Of a stretch of 38,367 nucleotides of DNA, positions 9,593 to 18,748 are shown one piece after another. The stretch comes from Thermoplasmatota archaeon (GTDB lineage Archaea; Thermoplasmatota; E2; DHVEG-1), in the NCBI GenBank assembly GCA_030612095.1, contig JAUWOO010000001.1, positions 1 to 38,367 on the forward strand. The letters are read 5' to 3'. A model generated the notes under the pieces. That model made no database searches and was not told the origin of the DNA. It saw only the letters and a program-made list of their open reading frames with translations. The translations under genes and the position numbers were made by a program. Position 1 is the stretch's first letter; every line of letters begins with the position of its first letter.

Positions 9593-10648
9593 GTGGCGAT
9601 TACTAGATATAAAAATGAGCAGATTGCAGTTCTTACAGGGGGCGGAGATGCCCCTGGATTAAATGCTGTGATAAGAGGTCTAACAACAAAAGCAATATCT
9701 CTTGGATATGATGTTTTGGGTATCCGAGATGGGTGGAGGGGGCTTCTTGATGATGGAGAAAATACCCCTCTTGATCTAGATGAGGTTGAAGATATCCATA
9801 TGACTGGAGGGACCGTCCTTCATACTTCAAGGACAAATCCATATAAAGTTGAAGGTGGAGTTGAACAAGTAAAAAAGAATCTTGAGAGGCTTAATTGCAA
9901 ATATCTTATTGCAATAGGTGGTGAAGACACACTCGGCGTTGCAGTAAAATTATGCAAAGATGGAGTAAATGCAGTCGGAGTCCCAAAGACAATCGACAAT
10001 GACTTATCAGAAACAGATTATACATTTGGTTTTGACACTGCAATAACAAGAGCTGCTGAAGCAATAAAAAACTTGCATACAACAGCAGATTCACATCATA
10101 GAGTAATAGTTGTTGAAGTTATGGGAAGACATGCAGGATGGATGACACTTGAGGCAGGTATTGCGGGTGGTGCACATGCAATACTCCTCCCAGAAGAAGA
10201 GTTTGATATTGATGAACTTTGTACAATTGTTGAAAACAGAGAAAAGAACGGTAAACACTATACCATTATTGCAACATCTGAAGGTGCAATGCCGAAAGGC
10301 GGGGAGCTAAAATTCAAGGATACTAAAGTAGATGCATTTGGCCATAAAATCCTAGGGGGAACGGCAGAACAACTCGCAAAAAAACTTGAAGAGATGACGG
10401 GAAAGGAATGCAGGTATGTCATTCTTGGTCATCTACAACGAGCAGGATCTCCCACTGCGTTTGATATCAACCTTGGAACTCGTCTTGGTATTCATGCAGC
10501 AGAAATGATAGATAAAGGTGAATTTGGGATGATGGCAGCCTTACACGGTACGAAAATTGTTTCTATTCCGCTTGAAAAGGCTGTTGGAAAGTTAAAAACT
10601 GTGCCAAAATACAGAATTGAAGAAGCAAAGTTATTTTATGAGGTGTGA
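9593..10648 (+). CDS. pfp: 6-phosphofructokinase of the PfkA family with a pyrophosphate-dependent signature
   Basis: Motifs GGGDAPGLNAVIRG, IGGEDT, PKTIDNDL, MGRHAGW and GHLQRAGSP are present. The start is a GTG with GGAGG 8 nt upstream. Asp and Lys occupy the positions equivalent to E. coli PfkA Gly104 and Gly124. Confidence 0.85.
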   Translation: MAITRYKNEQIAVLTGGGDAPGLNAVIRGLTTKAISLGYDVLGIRDGWRGLLDDGENTPLDLDEVEDIHMTGGTVLHTSRTNPYKVEGGVEQVKKNLERLNCKYLIAIGGEDTLGVAVKLCKDGVNAVGVPKTIDNDLSETDYTFGFDTAITRAAEAIKNLHTTADSHHRVIVVEVMGRHAGWMTLEAGIAGGAHAILLPEEEFDIDELCTIVENREKNGKHYTIIATSEGAMPKGGELKFKDTKVDAFGHKILGGTAEQLAKKLEEMTGKECRYVILGHLQRAGSPTAFDINLGTRLGIHAAEMIDKGEFGMMAALHGTKIVSIPLEKAVGKLKTVPKYRIEEAKLFYEV

Positions 10649-10652
10649 AAAA

Positions 10653-11684
10653 ATGCCACTAGTACCAATGAGACAAATTTTAGATGAAGCAGCAAAAAAA
10701 GGTTATGGGGTACCACATTTTAATGTGAACAATATGGAGCAAGCACAGGCTATAATGAGGGGAGCAGAAGAAGTAGAATCACCAGTCATTATGGCTGCAT
10801 CAAAAGGTGCGTTGAAATATTCTGATATGCTCTTTTTGAGAAATATAATGAATGCCTGTGTAGAACGATATCCAAAAATTCCGATAGCATTGCATCTAGA
10901 CCATGGAACAAGTGTTGAGATATGTAAAACGGCAATTGATTTAGGTTTTTCATCTGTTATGATGGATGGATCATTAGAAGAAGACGGTAAAACTCCAAGG
11001 AGTTATGATGACAATATTGCCGTTACGAGAGAGGTTGTGAATTTTGCTCATCCACTTGGTATCACTGTAGAAGGAGAGCTTGGCTGTCTTGGTGGAATCG
11101 AAGATGGCATTGGCTCTGGGGAAGAAAAACTAACCAATCCTGATCAAGTAAAGGAATTTGTAGAAAAGACAAAAGTGGATGCGCTTGCTGTGTCAATCGG
11201 AACGTCACATGGTGCATACAAGTTTAAAATACAACCAGATCCTGACAAAAACCTTCTTGCAATGAATATAATTAGAAGGATTCATGAGTTATGTCCCAAT
11301 CTACATATGGTTATGCATGGATCATCCTCAGTTCCTCAAGAACTTATTGCACAAATTAATCAATATGGTGGAGACATCAAAGAAACATATGGAGTTCCGC
11401 TTTGGGCAATAAAAGAAGGAATAGATGCAGGAGTCAGAAAGGTTAATGTTGATACAGATCTTCGATTGGCTGTCACTGCCACTATTAGAAAGGTTTTCCA
11501 TGATGATCCTGAAGCATTTGATCCAAGGAAATATCTTGGCCCTGCAAGAGATGCAATGAAAACTATAATTATTGAACGTTACAATACTTTTGGTAGTGCA
11601 GGGCATGCATATGATTATGAACCAAAGACTCTTGAAGATATGAAGATCTTTTATGGGGAACGTGAATTGCAAAACTCTAGATAA
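10653..11684 (+). CDS. fba: Class II (metal-dependent) fructose-bisphosphate aldolase
   Basis: Motifs GVPHFNVNN, HLDHG, MMDGS, VEGELG, SIGTSHGAYKF and HGSSSVP are present. I place the start at the ATG at 10653, 5 nt after the pfk stop with GAGGTG upstream. The ORF-track start at 10617 would overlap pfk. Confidence 0.88.
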   Translation: MPLVPMRQILDEAAKKGYGVPHFNVNNMEQAQAIMRGAEEVESPVIMAASKGALKYSDMLFLRNIMNACVERYPKIPIALHLDHGTSVEICKTAIDLGFSSVMMDGSLEEDGKTPRSYDDNIAVTREVVNFAHPLGITVEGELGCLGGIEDGIGSGEEKLTNPDQVKEFVEKTKVDALAVSIGTSHGAYKFKIQPDPDKNLLAMNIIRRIHELCPNLHMVMHGSSSVPQELIAQINQYGGDIKETYGVPLWAIKEGIDAGVRKVNVDTDLRLAVTATIRKVFHDDPEAFDPRKYLGPARDAMKTIIIERYNTFGSAGHAYDYEPKTLEDMKIFYGERELQNSR

Positions 11685-11709
11685 TGGGAAAGAGGGCATC
11701 AACCTTTAG

Positions 11710-11719
11710 TTTTATATAT
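11710..11719 (+). promoter_or_regulatory. Candidate TATA box for rps15
   Basis: ttttatatat lies about 50 nt upstream of the rps15 ATG, in the 83-nt gap after fba. Confidence 0.3.
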
Positions 11720-11767
11720 GGTAATCGTATTCGGAATTTACCTTACAGGTATCTGGAGTAATAAACC

Positions 11768-12226
11768 ATGGCACGAATGCATGCAAGAAGAAAGGGAAAA
11801 TCAGGATCTACTCATCTAATTAGCAGGAAGAAACACCCAGAGTGGAGTTCGCTAAATCCGCGGGAGATAGAGTCACGTATTTTGGAGCTAGCAAAAGTTG
11901 GAAAATCTACGAGTGAGATTGGTATGGTACTAAGGGATCAATATGCTGTTCCCGATATAAAGATTGCAACTGGTAAGAAAGTTTCAAGAATACTTGATGA
12001 AAACAATATGTTATCAGAGTTTCCAGAGGATATAAAAAATCTTATCAGTACGGCGTTACAGCTGAGAAAACACCTTGAAATACACAAGAAGGATTTAAAA
12101 AACAAGAGAAATTTGCAACTCACAGAATCCAAAATAAGACGTCTTACAAGATATTACCACTCTCGGCACAAACTTCCAAAGGGCTGGAAGTATAGCCCCA
12201 AACAAGCAAAACTTATGTTTGAATAA
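11768..12226 (+). CDS. rps15: 30S ribosomal protein S15 (eukaryotic S13e type)
   Basis: MARMHARRKGKSGS N-terminus, a central LRDQYAVPD motif and the C-terminal LQLTESKIRRLTRYY motif are present. The length is 152 aa. Confidence 0.92.
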   Translation: MARMHARRKGKSGSTHLISRKKHPEWSSLNPREIESRILELAKVGKSTSEIGMVLRDQYAVPDIKIATGKKVSRILDENNMLSEFPEDIKNLISTALQLRKHLEIHKKDLKNKRNLQLTESKIRRLTRYYHSRHKLPKGWKYSPKQAKLMFE

Positions 12227-12266
12227 TTGCTATCCTTTATAGATAGCATATGTTTTACTTTTAACC

Positions 12267-13610
12267 ATGGCAGATGATATTCTAAAACTAAGTAAAAAAG
12301 CAGCAGCGATGATTTCATCAATGCCGAAATCTACTAGAATTAGAGTTGTTTCTCATTATGATGCTGATGGTATTACTGCTGCCAGTATCATTTGTAAAGC
12401 CCTCTATCGTGAAGGGTATGATTTTCATGCGACTTTGATGAGAAATCCTTTTACACAAGGTTTAGAACGTGTAAGTAAGGAGAAAAATGAATTGGTTATT
12501 TTTTCTGATATGGGCAGTGGACAGATAGAAACCATAGAGCAATTAAATTGTAAAGCAATTATTATCGATCATCATCAGTATCTTAAGTCAGAAACTAGTA
12601 ATGAGATTCTTCAGATAAATGCAAATTTGTGTGGGATTAATGGAAACTATGAGGCATGTGGTGCGAGTTTGAGTTATTCTGTTGCAAAAGCCCTCAATTC
12701 AAGAAATGAAGATCTGGCACCACTTGCAATTGCAGGTGCTACTGGTGATAAACAGTACATTGGCAGTATTAGGGGATACAACAAAATTATCTTGGATGAA
12801 GCTCTGGAAAAAGGATTTTTGAAGCAAGATATTGGAATGAAACTCTATGGCGACTCCTTATTTGATGCTTTGTATTACTCGGTTGATCCATACTATACTG
12901 GTCTCTCAGGAAACAAGGAAGGAATACATGAATTGCTAGGGCGATTGAATCTTGATGAAGCAGTAAAAATAGAGGAACTTGATGATAGTCAGAAAAGAAA
13001 ACTTCAGTCGTTCTTAATTCTTAAATTGATAAAAAATGGTTGTGAAAAAAACATTCTAGATACGGTTATCAGAAAACGTTATCAGTCCAGCATGCTCCAG
13101 TGTGAATTGGAGCGTTTTGCAGACCTTCTTGATGCGTGCGGAAAAGGAGGGGATCGCAGTCTAGGTCTTGCCATATGCCTGGGTGATAAAAAGGCTTTTG
13201 ATGAAGCAGTAAAACTCGAAAAAGAATATAAGCAAAGTATATTAGATGAACTTTTACGACTTGAGAAAGATGGTTTTGAAGAAAAGAAAAATTTCCGTTA
13301 TTTCTATAGTGGTAATTCTTCACTGGGTGGCGTAATTGGGGGTATTGCCACAAACTTCATTTTTGATAGAGAGAAGCCATTACTTTCCCTTGTACGTAAA
13401 AATGACGAAACCCATATTTCTTGCAGGGGAAATCAACATCTTGTGGCTGAGGGGCTCGATTTGGGTTTTGCCATGAAAGAAGCAGCGGCGAAGCTGGATG
13501 GTAATGGCGGTGGTCATAAGATAGCTGCCGGTGCTATGGTAAGTTCCGACAAAGAAAAAGAATTTCTAGACATAGTAGATATAATTCTCTCCAAACAGAT
13601 GAAGGTATAA
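12267..13610 (+). CDS. DHH/DHHA1 phosphoesterase, archaeal RecJ/GAN (Cdc45-like) family
   Basis: SHYDADGITAASI (DHH motifs I-II), IIIDHHQ (DHH motif III) and C-terminal GGGHKIAAGA (DHHA1 GGGH) are present. Confidence 0.8.
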   Translation: MADDILKLSKKAAAMISSMPKSTRIRVVSHYDADGITAASIICKALYREGYDFHATLMRNPFTQGLERVSKEKNELVIFSDMGSGQIETIEQLNCKAIIIDHHQYLKSETSNEILQINANLCGINGNYEACGASLSYSVAKALNSRNEDLAPLAIAGATGDKQYIGSIRGYNKIILDEALEKGFLKQDIGMKLYGDSLFDALYYSVDPYYTGLSGNKEGIHELLGRLNLDEAVKIEELDDSQKRKLQSFLILKLIKNGCEKNILDTVIRKRYQSSMLQCELERFADLLDACGKGGDRSLGLAICLGDKKAFDEAVKLEKEYKQSILDELLRLEKDGFEEKKNFRYFYSGNSSLGGVIGGIATNFIFDREKPLLSLVRKNDETHISCRGNQHLVAEGLDLGFAMKEAAAKLDGNGGGHKIAAGAMVSSDKEKEFLDIVDIILSKQMKV

Positions 13611-13613
13611 CGT

Positions 13614-13838
13614 ATGAAGGTTACATGCAACGTAGTTATAGAATATGATAACGTTAAAAAAACAGAGACTGTTTTAAAATCCATAGAAGTTGATAACCTT
13701 GGTTTTGTTAAATCACAGATAAATGGAAAACATTTGGAGGCACACATAGAGAGCAAATCTATTTCTTCTCTTCTTCACACACTGGATGATTATCTCGCAT
13801 GCGTTTCTGTTGCAGAGAAAATAGTGGATAAAGATTAA
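13614..13838 (+). CDS. pcc1: KEOPS complex subunit Pcc1
   Basis: The 74-aa protein aligns by eye with Pyrococcus Pcc1. The matching parts are an N-terminal beta segment VVIEYDNVKKTETVLKSI and the C-terminal GKHLEAHIESKSISSLLHTLDDYLACVSVAEKIV. It starts 4 nt after the recJ-like stop. Confidence 0.65.
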   Translation: MKVTCNVVIEYDNVKKTETVLKSIEVDNLGFVKSQINGKHLEAHIESKSISSLLHTLDDYLACVSVAEKIVDKD

Positions 13839-13864
13839 TAATCCATGTGCAATGCTGTTTTTAT

Positions 13865-15367
13865 ATGAAATTTGATTTAAAAGGAAGTTTTACATTTAGT
13901 GACAACATCTTGTCAATTAAGGAAGAGATGGGGAAATTCATTTCTGATTTTAATGAAAATTTACTTAAGGGTGATGCTGAAAAAAGAGCAGAGATTGAAA
14001 GCTTTAAGATTGAAAAAAAATCACTGTTTTTTAACATTGTTTCTCACGGTAGTTTTCGCCCTCATAATGCACTACTTCAGATAAAGAACTCCATTAGCAA
14101 GGAGCTTGGCAAGAAACATCACATTGGGGTTAGAGAGATAAAAATAGATAGTTATGAAATAGAGTTTGATTTAGAAAAAAAACCGTTAAAAGAAGTCGAC
14201 ATTCCATTTGCGGAGGTAAAATTAGAAGGAAAAAAAGCAACCATGGCTCTCACGAATGTCGATGAAGAATTTCTAAGAAGAAACTATATTGATAGGATGA
14301 TCAATCGTGTAAAAGAAAAAGTTGACAATCAGTATTATGAAGGTAAGGGGGAGTATTGGAAATCTATCTGGGAATCAGAGGAAAAAGAACCGGTATGGTC
14401 AAAAGATCCAACAGAGGAAATGGTCAAGCTTGATTGGCTGAAGCAGGGACCTACAAAGGGGAAATGGTTTTACCGTCCTCAAGCAGCTGCGATTTTAAAG
14501 ACAATGGAAGAAATAGCTATAAAAGAGGTATTACAGCCACTCGGTTTCCAAGAGATAATTGAATCACAAATTGTTCCATTTGATATATGGCTAAAAACCG
14601 GTCATCTTGAAGGGATGCCTTCTGAGTTTTATTATGTTGTAGAACCAGCAACAAGAGATGTAGAAAAATGGGAAAAATTTGTTGATCTTACAAAGATTAC
14701 AAAAGAAGTTGATTTTAATGAACTACAAAAGAATCTCAGTGTTCCTACTGCCGGGATTTGCTATGCTCAATGTCCAATGATTTATTGGTCTTTCAAAGGA
14801 AAAACAATATCTGAAGAATCTCTTCCTATATTTGTCTATGATAAAACTGCTGTTTCTGGGAGATATGAATCCGGTGGTAGACATGGGATAGAACGGGTTG
14901 ATGAATTCCATCGTATCGAACCCGTGTATATTGGTACGAGAGAGCAGCTACTCAGTCTTCGCGAGAAACTTATTGAACGATATAAACATGTTTTCAATGA
15001 CATTTTCGATATTGAATGGCGTATGGCCTGGGTTACCCCATGGTACATGCAACAGGCTGGAAAAATTGGAGCGACCGGTGAACAGGACTGCGGAACCATA
15101 GATTTTGAAGCCTATATGCCATATCGTGGCGATCGTAAAAAATCAGAGTGGCTTGAATTCCAAAATCTTAGCATTCTTGGAGATAAATATGTTAAATCGT
15201 TCAATATAAAATCTCAGAAAAGTGAACTTTGGAGTGGATGTTCAGGTATTGGACTTGAACGGTGGACAACTGCGTTTTTAGCTCAGAAAGGCTTGGATCC
15301 AGATGAATGGCCAGCAGGTTTTAAGAGATATTTGAAAGAATTACCCAAAGGCATTGAGTTTTTATGA
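13865..15367 (+). CDS. serS: Seryl-tRNA synthetase, methanogen (atypical, zinc-dependent) type
   Basis: It is near-colinear with Methanosarcina barkeri mSerRS. Shared segments are MKFDLKG, GICYAQCP, GRYESGGRHGIERVDEFHRIE, WRMAWVTPWYMQQ, ELWSGCSGIGLERW and the C-terminal PKGIEFL. The ATG at 13865 is preferred over the upstream GTG at 13847. Confidence 0.88.
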   Translation: MKFDLKGSFTFSDNILSIKEEMGKFISDFNENLLKGDAEKRAEIESFKIEKKSLFFNIVSHGSFRPHNALLQIKNSISKELGKKHHIGVREIKIDSYEIEFDLEKKPLKEVDIPFAEVKLEGKKATMALTNVDEEFLRRNYIDRMINRVKEKVDNQYYEGKGEYWKSIWESEEKEPVWSKDPTEEMVKLDWLKQGPTKGKWFYRPQAAAILKTMEEIAIKEVLQPLGFQEIIESQIVPFDIWLKTGHLEGMPSEFYYVVEPATRDVEKWEKFVDLTKITKEVDFNELQKNLSVPTAGICYAQCPMIYWSFKGKTISEESLPIFVYDKTAVSGRYESGGRHGIERVDEFHRIEPVYIGTREQLLSLREKLIERYKHVFNDIFDIEWRMAWVTPWYMQQAGKIGATGEQDCGTIDFEAYMPYRGDRKKSEWLEFQNLSILGDKYVKSFNIKSQKSELWSGCSGIGLERWTTAFLAQKGLDPDEWPAGFKRYLKELPKGIEFL

Positions 15368-15371
15368 GAAT

Positions 15372-15728
15372 ATGAATAGAAAGGATTTGTCAGAATATAA
15401 GGGGAAATATAATGCGTTCAGGCATCACGCTTGGGCAGGTCTTGGTTTTCTCTCGGTGTTGTTAGTAATTAGAATTATTGTTCCATCGCTCTCTGAATTA
15501 ATACACCCCATACTTATTGTGCTTGTCATCTATGTCGTAGTTGCTTTACTTTTCACCTATAAATATCGTGAGGGATTGACAGGGGGAAAGGTTATACAAA
15601 TTCAACCTTCGGATGAAATTGAAAAAGAAAGAATGAAGGTTGAGGTTGAAAAAGAGCGGTTGAAAGTTGAAAAGAAAAAGGTAAAGGCTGAAGCAAAGAA
15701 AGCGAAAAAGACCGAGAAAATAAAATGA
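15372..15728 (+). CDS. Small membrane protein with Lys/Glu-rich tail (hypothetical)
   Basis: There are two hydrophobic helices (AGLGFLSVLLVIRIIV and ILIVLVIYVVVALLF). The charged C-terminus contains a duplicated EKER(M/L)KVE. The ATG at 15372 lies just after the serS stop; the ORF-track TTG at 15354 overlaps serS. Confidence 0.45.
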   Translation: MNRKDLSEYKGKYNAFRHHAWAGLGFLSVLLVIRIIVPSLSELIHPILIVLVIYVVVALLFTYKYREGLTGGKVIQIQPSDEIEKERMKVEVEKERLKVEKKKVKAEAKKAKKTEKIK

Positions 15729-15763
15729 GAAAAACCTTTAAATGATAACTCTATCCCACCCCG

Positions 15764-16900
15764 ATGGCAAAAAAGAGAAAAGAAAAAACCGAGGAAGAGG
15801 AGTTAGATTTTAAACTCCCAAAATTTGATGAAGAAAAGTTTCTTAAAAGAGAGAGGCGAAACATCAAAACTACATTTCTCTCGTTTTTGTTTGGTTTTCT
15901 TATTGCTATTATATCCTTTGGTTTTTGGTCTCTTTTAAGTGGGAATGATTTACGATGGGAATTAGTTTTATTGTTTTGTGTTTTCAATGCATCCTGGTTG
16001 AAATACCTATTTATCAGATTAAACCTGGATCTCACTGACTTTGGGCGGAAAGGGTGGTTTACATCTTATGCGATTTATTTTTTCACATGGCTTCTGGTAC
16101 TTATGGTGCTTGTTAACCCCCCGTTTTATGATGATGAATCACCCCGTATTGAGGTTGTTGCACTGCCTAGTATGCAAGAGTTGGGTGGGACCGTTAAAAT
16201 AATTGCAAGGATTGTCGATAATGTTGGCATAGAAAAACAAGATATTGATTTCAATTTGATTTATCCTGATGAAACAAGTCATTCTCCGGATTTTAACTTT
16301 GAGGATAGTATATTTAGCTATACGTACGAAAATACAGGGAATCTGATGGGAACATATGAGTTTACACTATCAGCTACTGATATAAATGGCCACAATACAT
16401 CAGAAATTGTTGGGACTTTTGTATATGATAATGACACGATAAAATTGGCATCCCCTGCAGGTGCTGGTGTTGCACCAGGTCCCGCAGTTACATATGCCGA
16501 TTCTATTAGATTTGATGTTGGAGCAGATGTCAGTAGGATGTATTACAAAGTAAATGATGGTGTAGAAATCAATGCAACTTTTGATGGGGATTACTATGAG
16601 ACATCTCCTGAAATGGTTGGTTGGCTGAGGGGCGAAAATGCTACTGTAAATGCCTATGCAGATATCGTCTACTATTTTGACAATTTGAATACGCAGTTCA
16701 ATAATACAATCGTAGATAATTCTACCTATTATTTCGGAGTTAGTGATGATTCTAAAGTTGGTACTGAAGTATCTCCTGAGATAACAATTCCGGGACCTGG
16801 GCTTTATATGGTGCCTGGATTTGAGTTGCTGGTATTTATCATCTCTCTTATTGTTGTCGTTCTAATCTTTAAATACAGGAAGAAAGATAGAAGAAACTAG
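15764..16900 (+). CDS. Surface protein with three N-terminal TM helices, a sequon-rich ectodomain and a PGF-CTERM-like sorting signal
   Basis: The N-terminus is basic. Three TM segments are followed by about 230 aa containing 6 N-x-S/T sequons. The C-terminus is PGFELLVFIISLIVVVLIFKYRKKDRRN, that is PGF plus a hydrophobic helix plus a basic tail. Confidence 0.6.
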   Translation: MAKKRKEKTEEEELDFKLPKFDEEKFLKRERRNIKTTFLSFLFGFLIAIISFGFWSLLSGNDLRWELVLLFCVFNASWLKYLFIRLNLDLTDFGRKGWFTSYAIYFFTWLLVLMVLVNPPFYDDESPRIEVVALPSMQELGGTVKIIARIVDNVGIEKQDIDFNLIYPDETSHSPDFNFEDSIFSYTYENTGNLMGTYEFTLSATDINGHNTSEIVGTFVYDNDTIKLASPAGAGVAPGPAVTYADSIRFDVGADVSRMYYKVNDGVEINATFDGDYYETSPEMVGWLRGENATVNAYADIVYYFDNLNTQFNNTIVDNSTYYFGVSDDSKVGTEVSPEITIPGPGLYMVPGFELLVFIISLIVVVLIFKYRKKDRRN

Positions 16901-16902
16901 AT

Positions 16903-17940
16903 ATGAGTGAGCTATCAGAGTTCTGTCGAAATCTGAAAAAAGATTTCACACCGAAAATAAGAGATCCGACAAGACCGGTTAGATGCTGGTCTGAAAAGGA
17001 TGTTTTAGCTGGTAAAATTGTTGATGCATTCGTGATTATTTTCAGGACTAGGGGGTGTTCCTGGGCTCTTAATTCTGGATGTACCATGTGCGGATATTTT
17101 AATGACAGTATGTGGGAGAAAATATCTGATGAAAATTTGTTGAAACAATTTGAGACTGTTATGAAAAGATATTCCGGGGAAAAATTTGTTAAAATTTTTA
17201 CTTCAGGGAGTTTTTTGGATGATACTGAAATAAAACCCAGAGTTAGAAATGAAATTTTAGGTAAGCTTGTTGAAACAGCGGATAAAGTATCGGTTGAATC
17301 TAGGCCAGAATATATTACAGATGACAAATTGTCGTATATAAAGAATATTTTCCAATCTAAAACATTTGAGATTGGGACTGGTCTTGAGACTGCAAATGAT
17401 TTTGTGAGAGAACATGCAATTAACAAAGGATTTGCATTTGATGATTATAGAAATGCTGCAGATGTTATGAAGAAAAACGACTGTGAACTCAAGACTTATG
17501 TACTTGTCAAGCCACCGTTTCTGACTGAAAAAGAATCTATTGAAGATGCTGTTGGTACAATTGAAAAAATTAAAACAATTACGGATGTTGTATCACTCAA
17601 TCCAACAAATGTGCAGCGTAACACGTTGGTGGATTATTTGTGGAAGCGAAAACAGTATCGACCAGCATGGCTTTGGAGTGTTGTTGAAATATTAAAACGA
17701 AGTAAAAAAACAGCAGGAAATGTGAGAATCAAGTGCGACATAGCAGGAGGCGGTGGAATACGAGGTGCACACAACTGTAGAGAATGTGATAGTAAGTTTC
17801 TCGAAGCAATATCATCGTTTTCACTTTATCAAGACGTAAAAATATTTGATGATCTTGATTGCAACTGTTATGATAAATGGCTCGATCAAATTGATATCGA
17901 GAACATTGGCTTTGGTTCTCTTGTTAATATGTACGGGTAG
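16903..17940 (+). CDS. Radical SAM protein of the RaSEA (archaeosine biosynthesis, TIGR01210-like) family
   Basis: FRTRGCSWALNSGCTMCGY is the Cys cluster as I recall it for this family. The 345-aa length also fits, as does the position next to a tRNA methyltransferase gene. This family call is from memory of the motif only. Confidence 0.55.
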   Translation: MSELSEFCRNLKKDFTPKIRDPTRPVRCWSEKDVLAGKIVDAFVIIFRTRGCSWALNSGCTMCGYFNDSMWEKISDENLLKQFETVMKRYSGEKFVKIFTSGSFLDDTEIKPRVRNEILGKLVETADKVSVESRPEYITDDKLSYIKNIFQSKTFEIGTGLETANDFVREHAINKGFAFDDYRNAADVMKKNDCELKTYVLVKPPFLTEKESIEDAVGTIEKIKTITDVVSLNPTNVQRNTLVDYLWKRKQYRPAWLWSVVEILKRSKKTAGNVRIKCDIAGGGGIRGAHNCRECDSKFLEAISSFSLYQDVKIFDDLDCNCYDKWLDQIDIENIGFGSLVNMYG

Positions 17941-17945
17941 GTGTC

Positions 17946-18713
17946 ATGGAAAAAAAGGTTGTAAAAGGAGACAGTGTAGTCCTTATTGACTTGTCATTTA
18001 GAAAATTCATCATCGATACGAATGATAAAACAGATAAATACAAAGGCGTAGGTGTGATAGATCCAGGAAAGCTAGTGGGAGAGCAATATGGTAAACAAAT
18101 AGAAATAGGAAATAAACAGTTTTGGATTCTGAAGCCATCTCTACAGGATAAACTTCGGGGTTTGAAACGTATGGCACAGATTATTTTGCCTAGAGATGCC
18201 GCACATATAGTGATGAATTGCTCTATAGAATCTGGAAATACTGTGCTTGAGGCAGGCATAGGCTCAGGTTCCCTTACAATAGCACTTGCAACCGCTGTAG
18301 CTCCAAATGGAAAAGTTATTTCATATGACAAACGTGAGGATTTCATAGAGCATGCATTGAAAAATCTGAAAACTGCAAGATTAGATAAATATGTTACAAC
18401 CAAAATTAGGGATGTCACTGAGGGGATTGATGAAAAAGAATTGGATGCCGTAATTCTTGATATACCAACTCCTTGGGGTGCTGTTAATTATGTGTGGAAA
18501 GCATTGAGGCCAGGTGGTTATTTCTGTTCATTTTCTCCACTTATATCTCAGGTGGAACAAACAGTAAAAGAAATTAGGGAAAATAGCTTCATCGAGATTA
18601 AAACATTTGAAAACATCCAACGTGAGATGGTGATATCCGATCACGGAACAAGGCCAAGTTTTGACATGCTTGGACATACTGGATATCTTACGTTTGCCCG
18701 GAAGGTATTGTAG
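17946..18713 (+). CDS. trmI: tRNA (adenine-N1)-methyltransferase TrmI (GCD14 family)
   Basis: MAQIILPRDAAHIVMNCSIESGNTVLEAGIGSGSLTIALA contains SAM motif I. DAVILDIPTPW and GYFCSFSP are also present. Confidence 0.85.
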   Translation: MEKKVVKGDSVVLIDLSFRKFIIDTNDKTDKYKGVGVIDPGKLVGEQYGKQIEIGNKQFWILKPSLQDKLRGLKRMAQIILPRDAAHIVMNCSIESGNTVLEAGIGSGSLTIALATAVAPNGKVISYDKREDFIEHALKNLKTARLDKYVTTKIRDVTEGIDEKELDAVILDIPTPWGAVNYVWKALRPGGYFCSFSPLISQVEQTVKEIRENSFIEIKTFENIQREMVISDHGTRPSFDMLGHTGYLTFARKVL

Positions 18714-18748
18714 CTTCGATGCTTATCATTCTTGTGATGTATAACTTT

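Noticed and set aside
10617-10652. N-terminal extension of the aldolase ORF (MKKQSYFMRCEK)
   Set aside because: It overlaps the pfk 3' end. The canonical FBA N-terminus begins at the ATG at 10653, which has a GAGGTG just upstream.
16869-18418. Long minus-strand ORFs (185 aa and 164 aa) opposite the RaSEA-like and TrmI genes
   Set aside because: The sense-strand products have clear family motifs. The antisense ORFs are Ser/Leu/Phe-rich shadows typical of AT-rich DNA.
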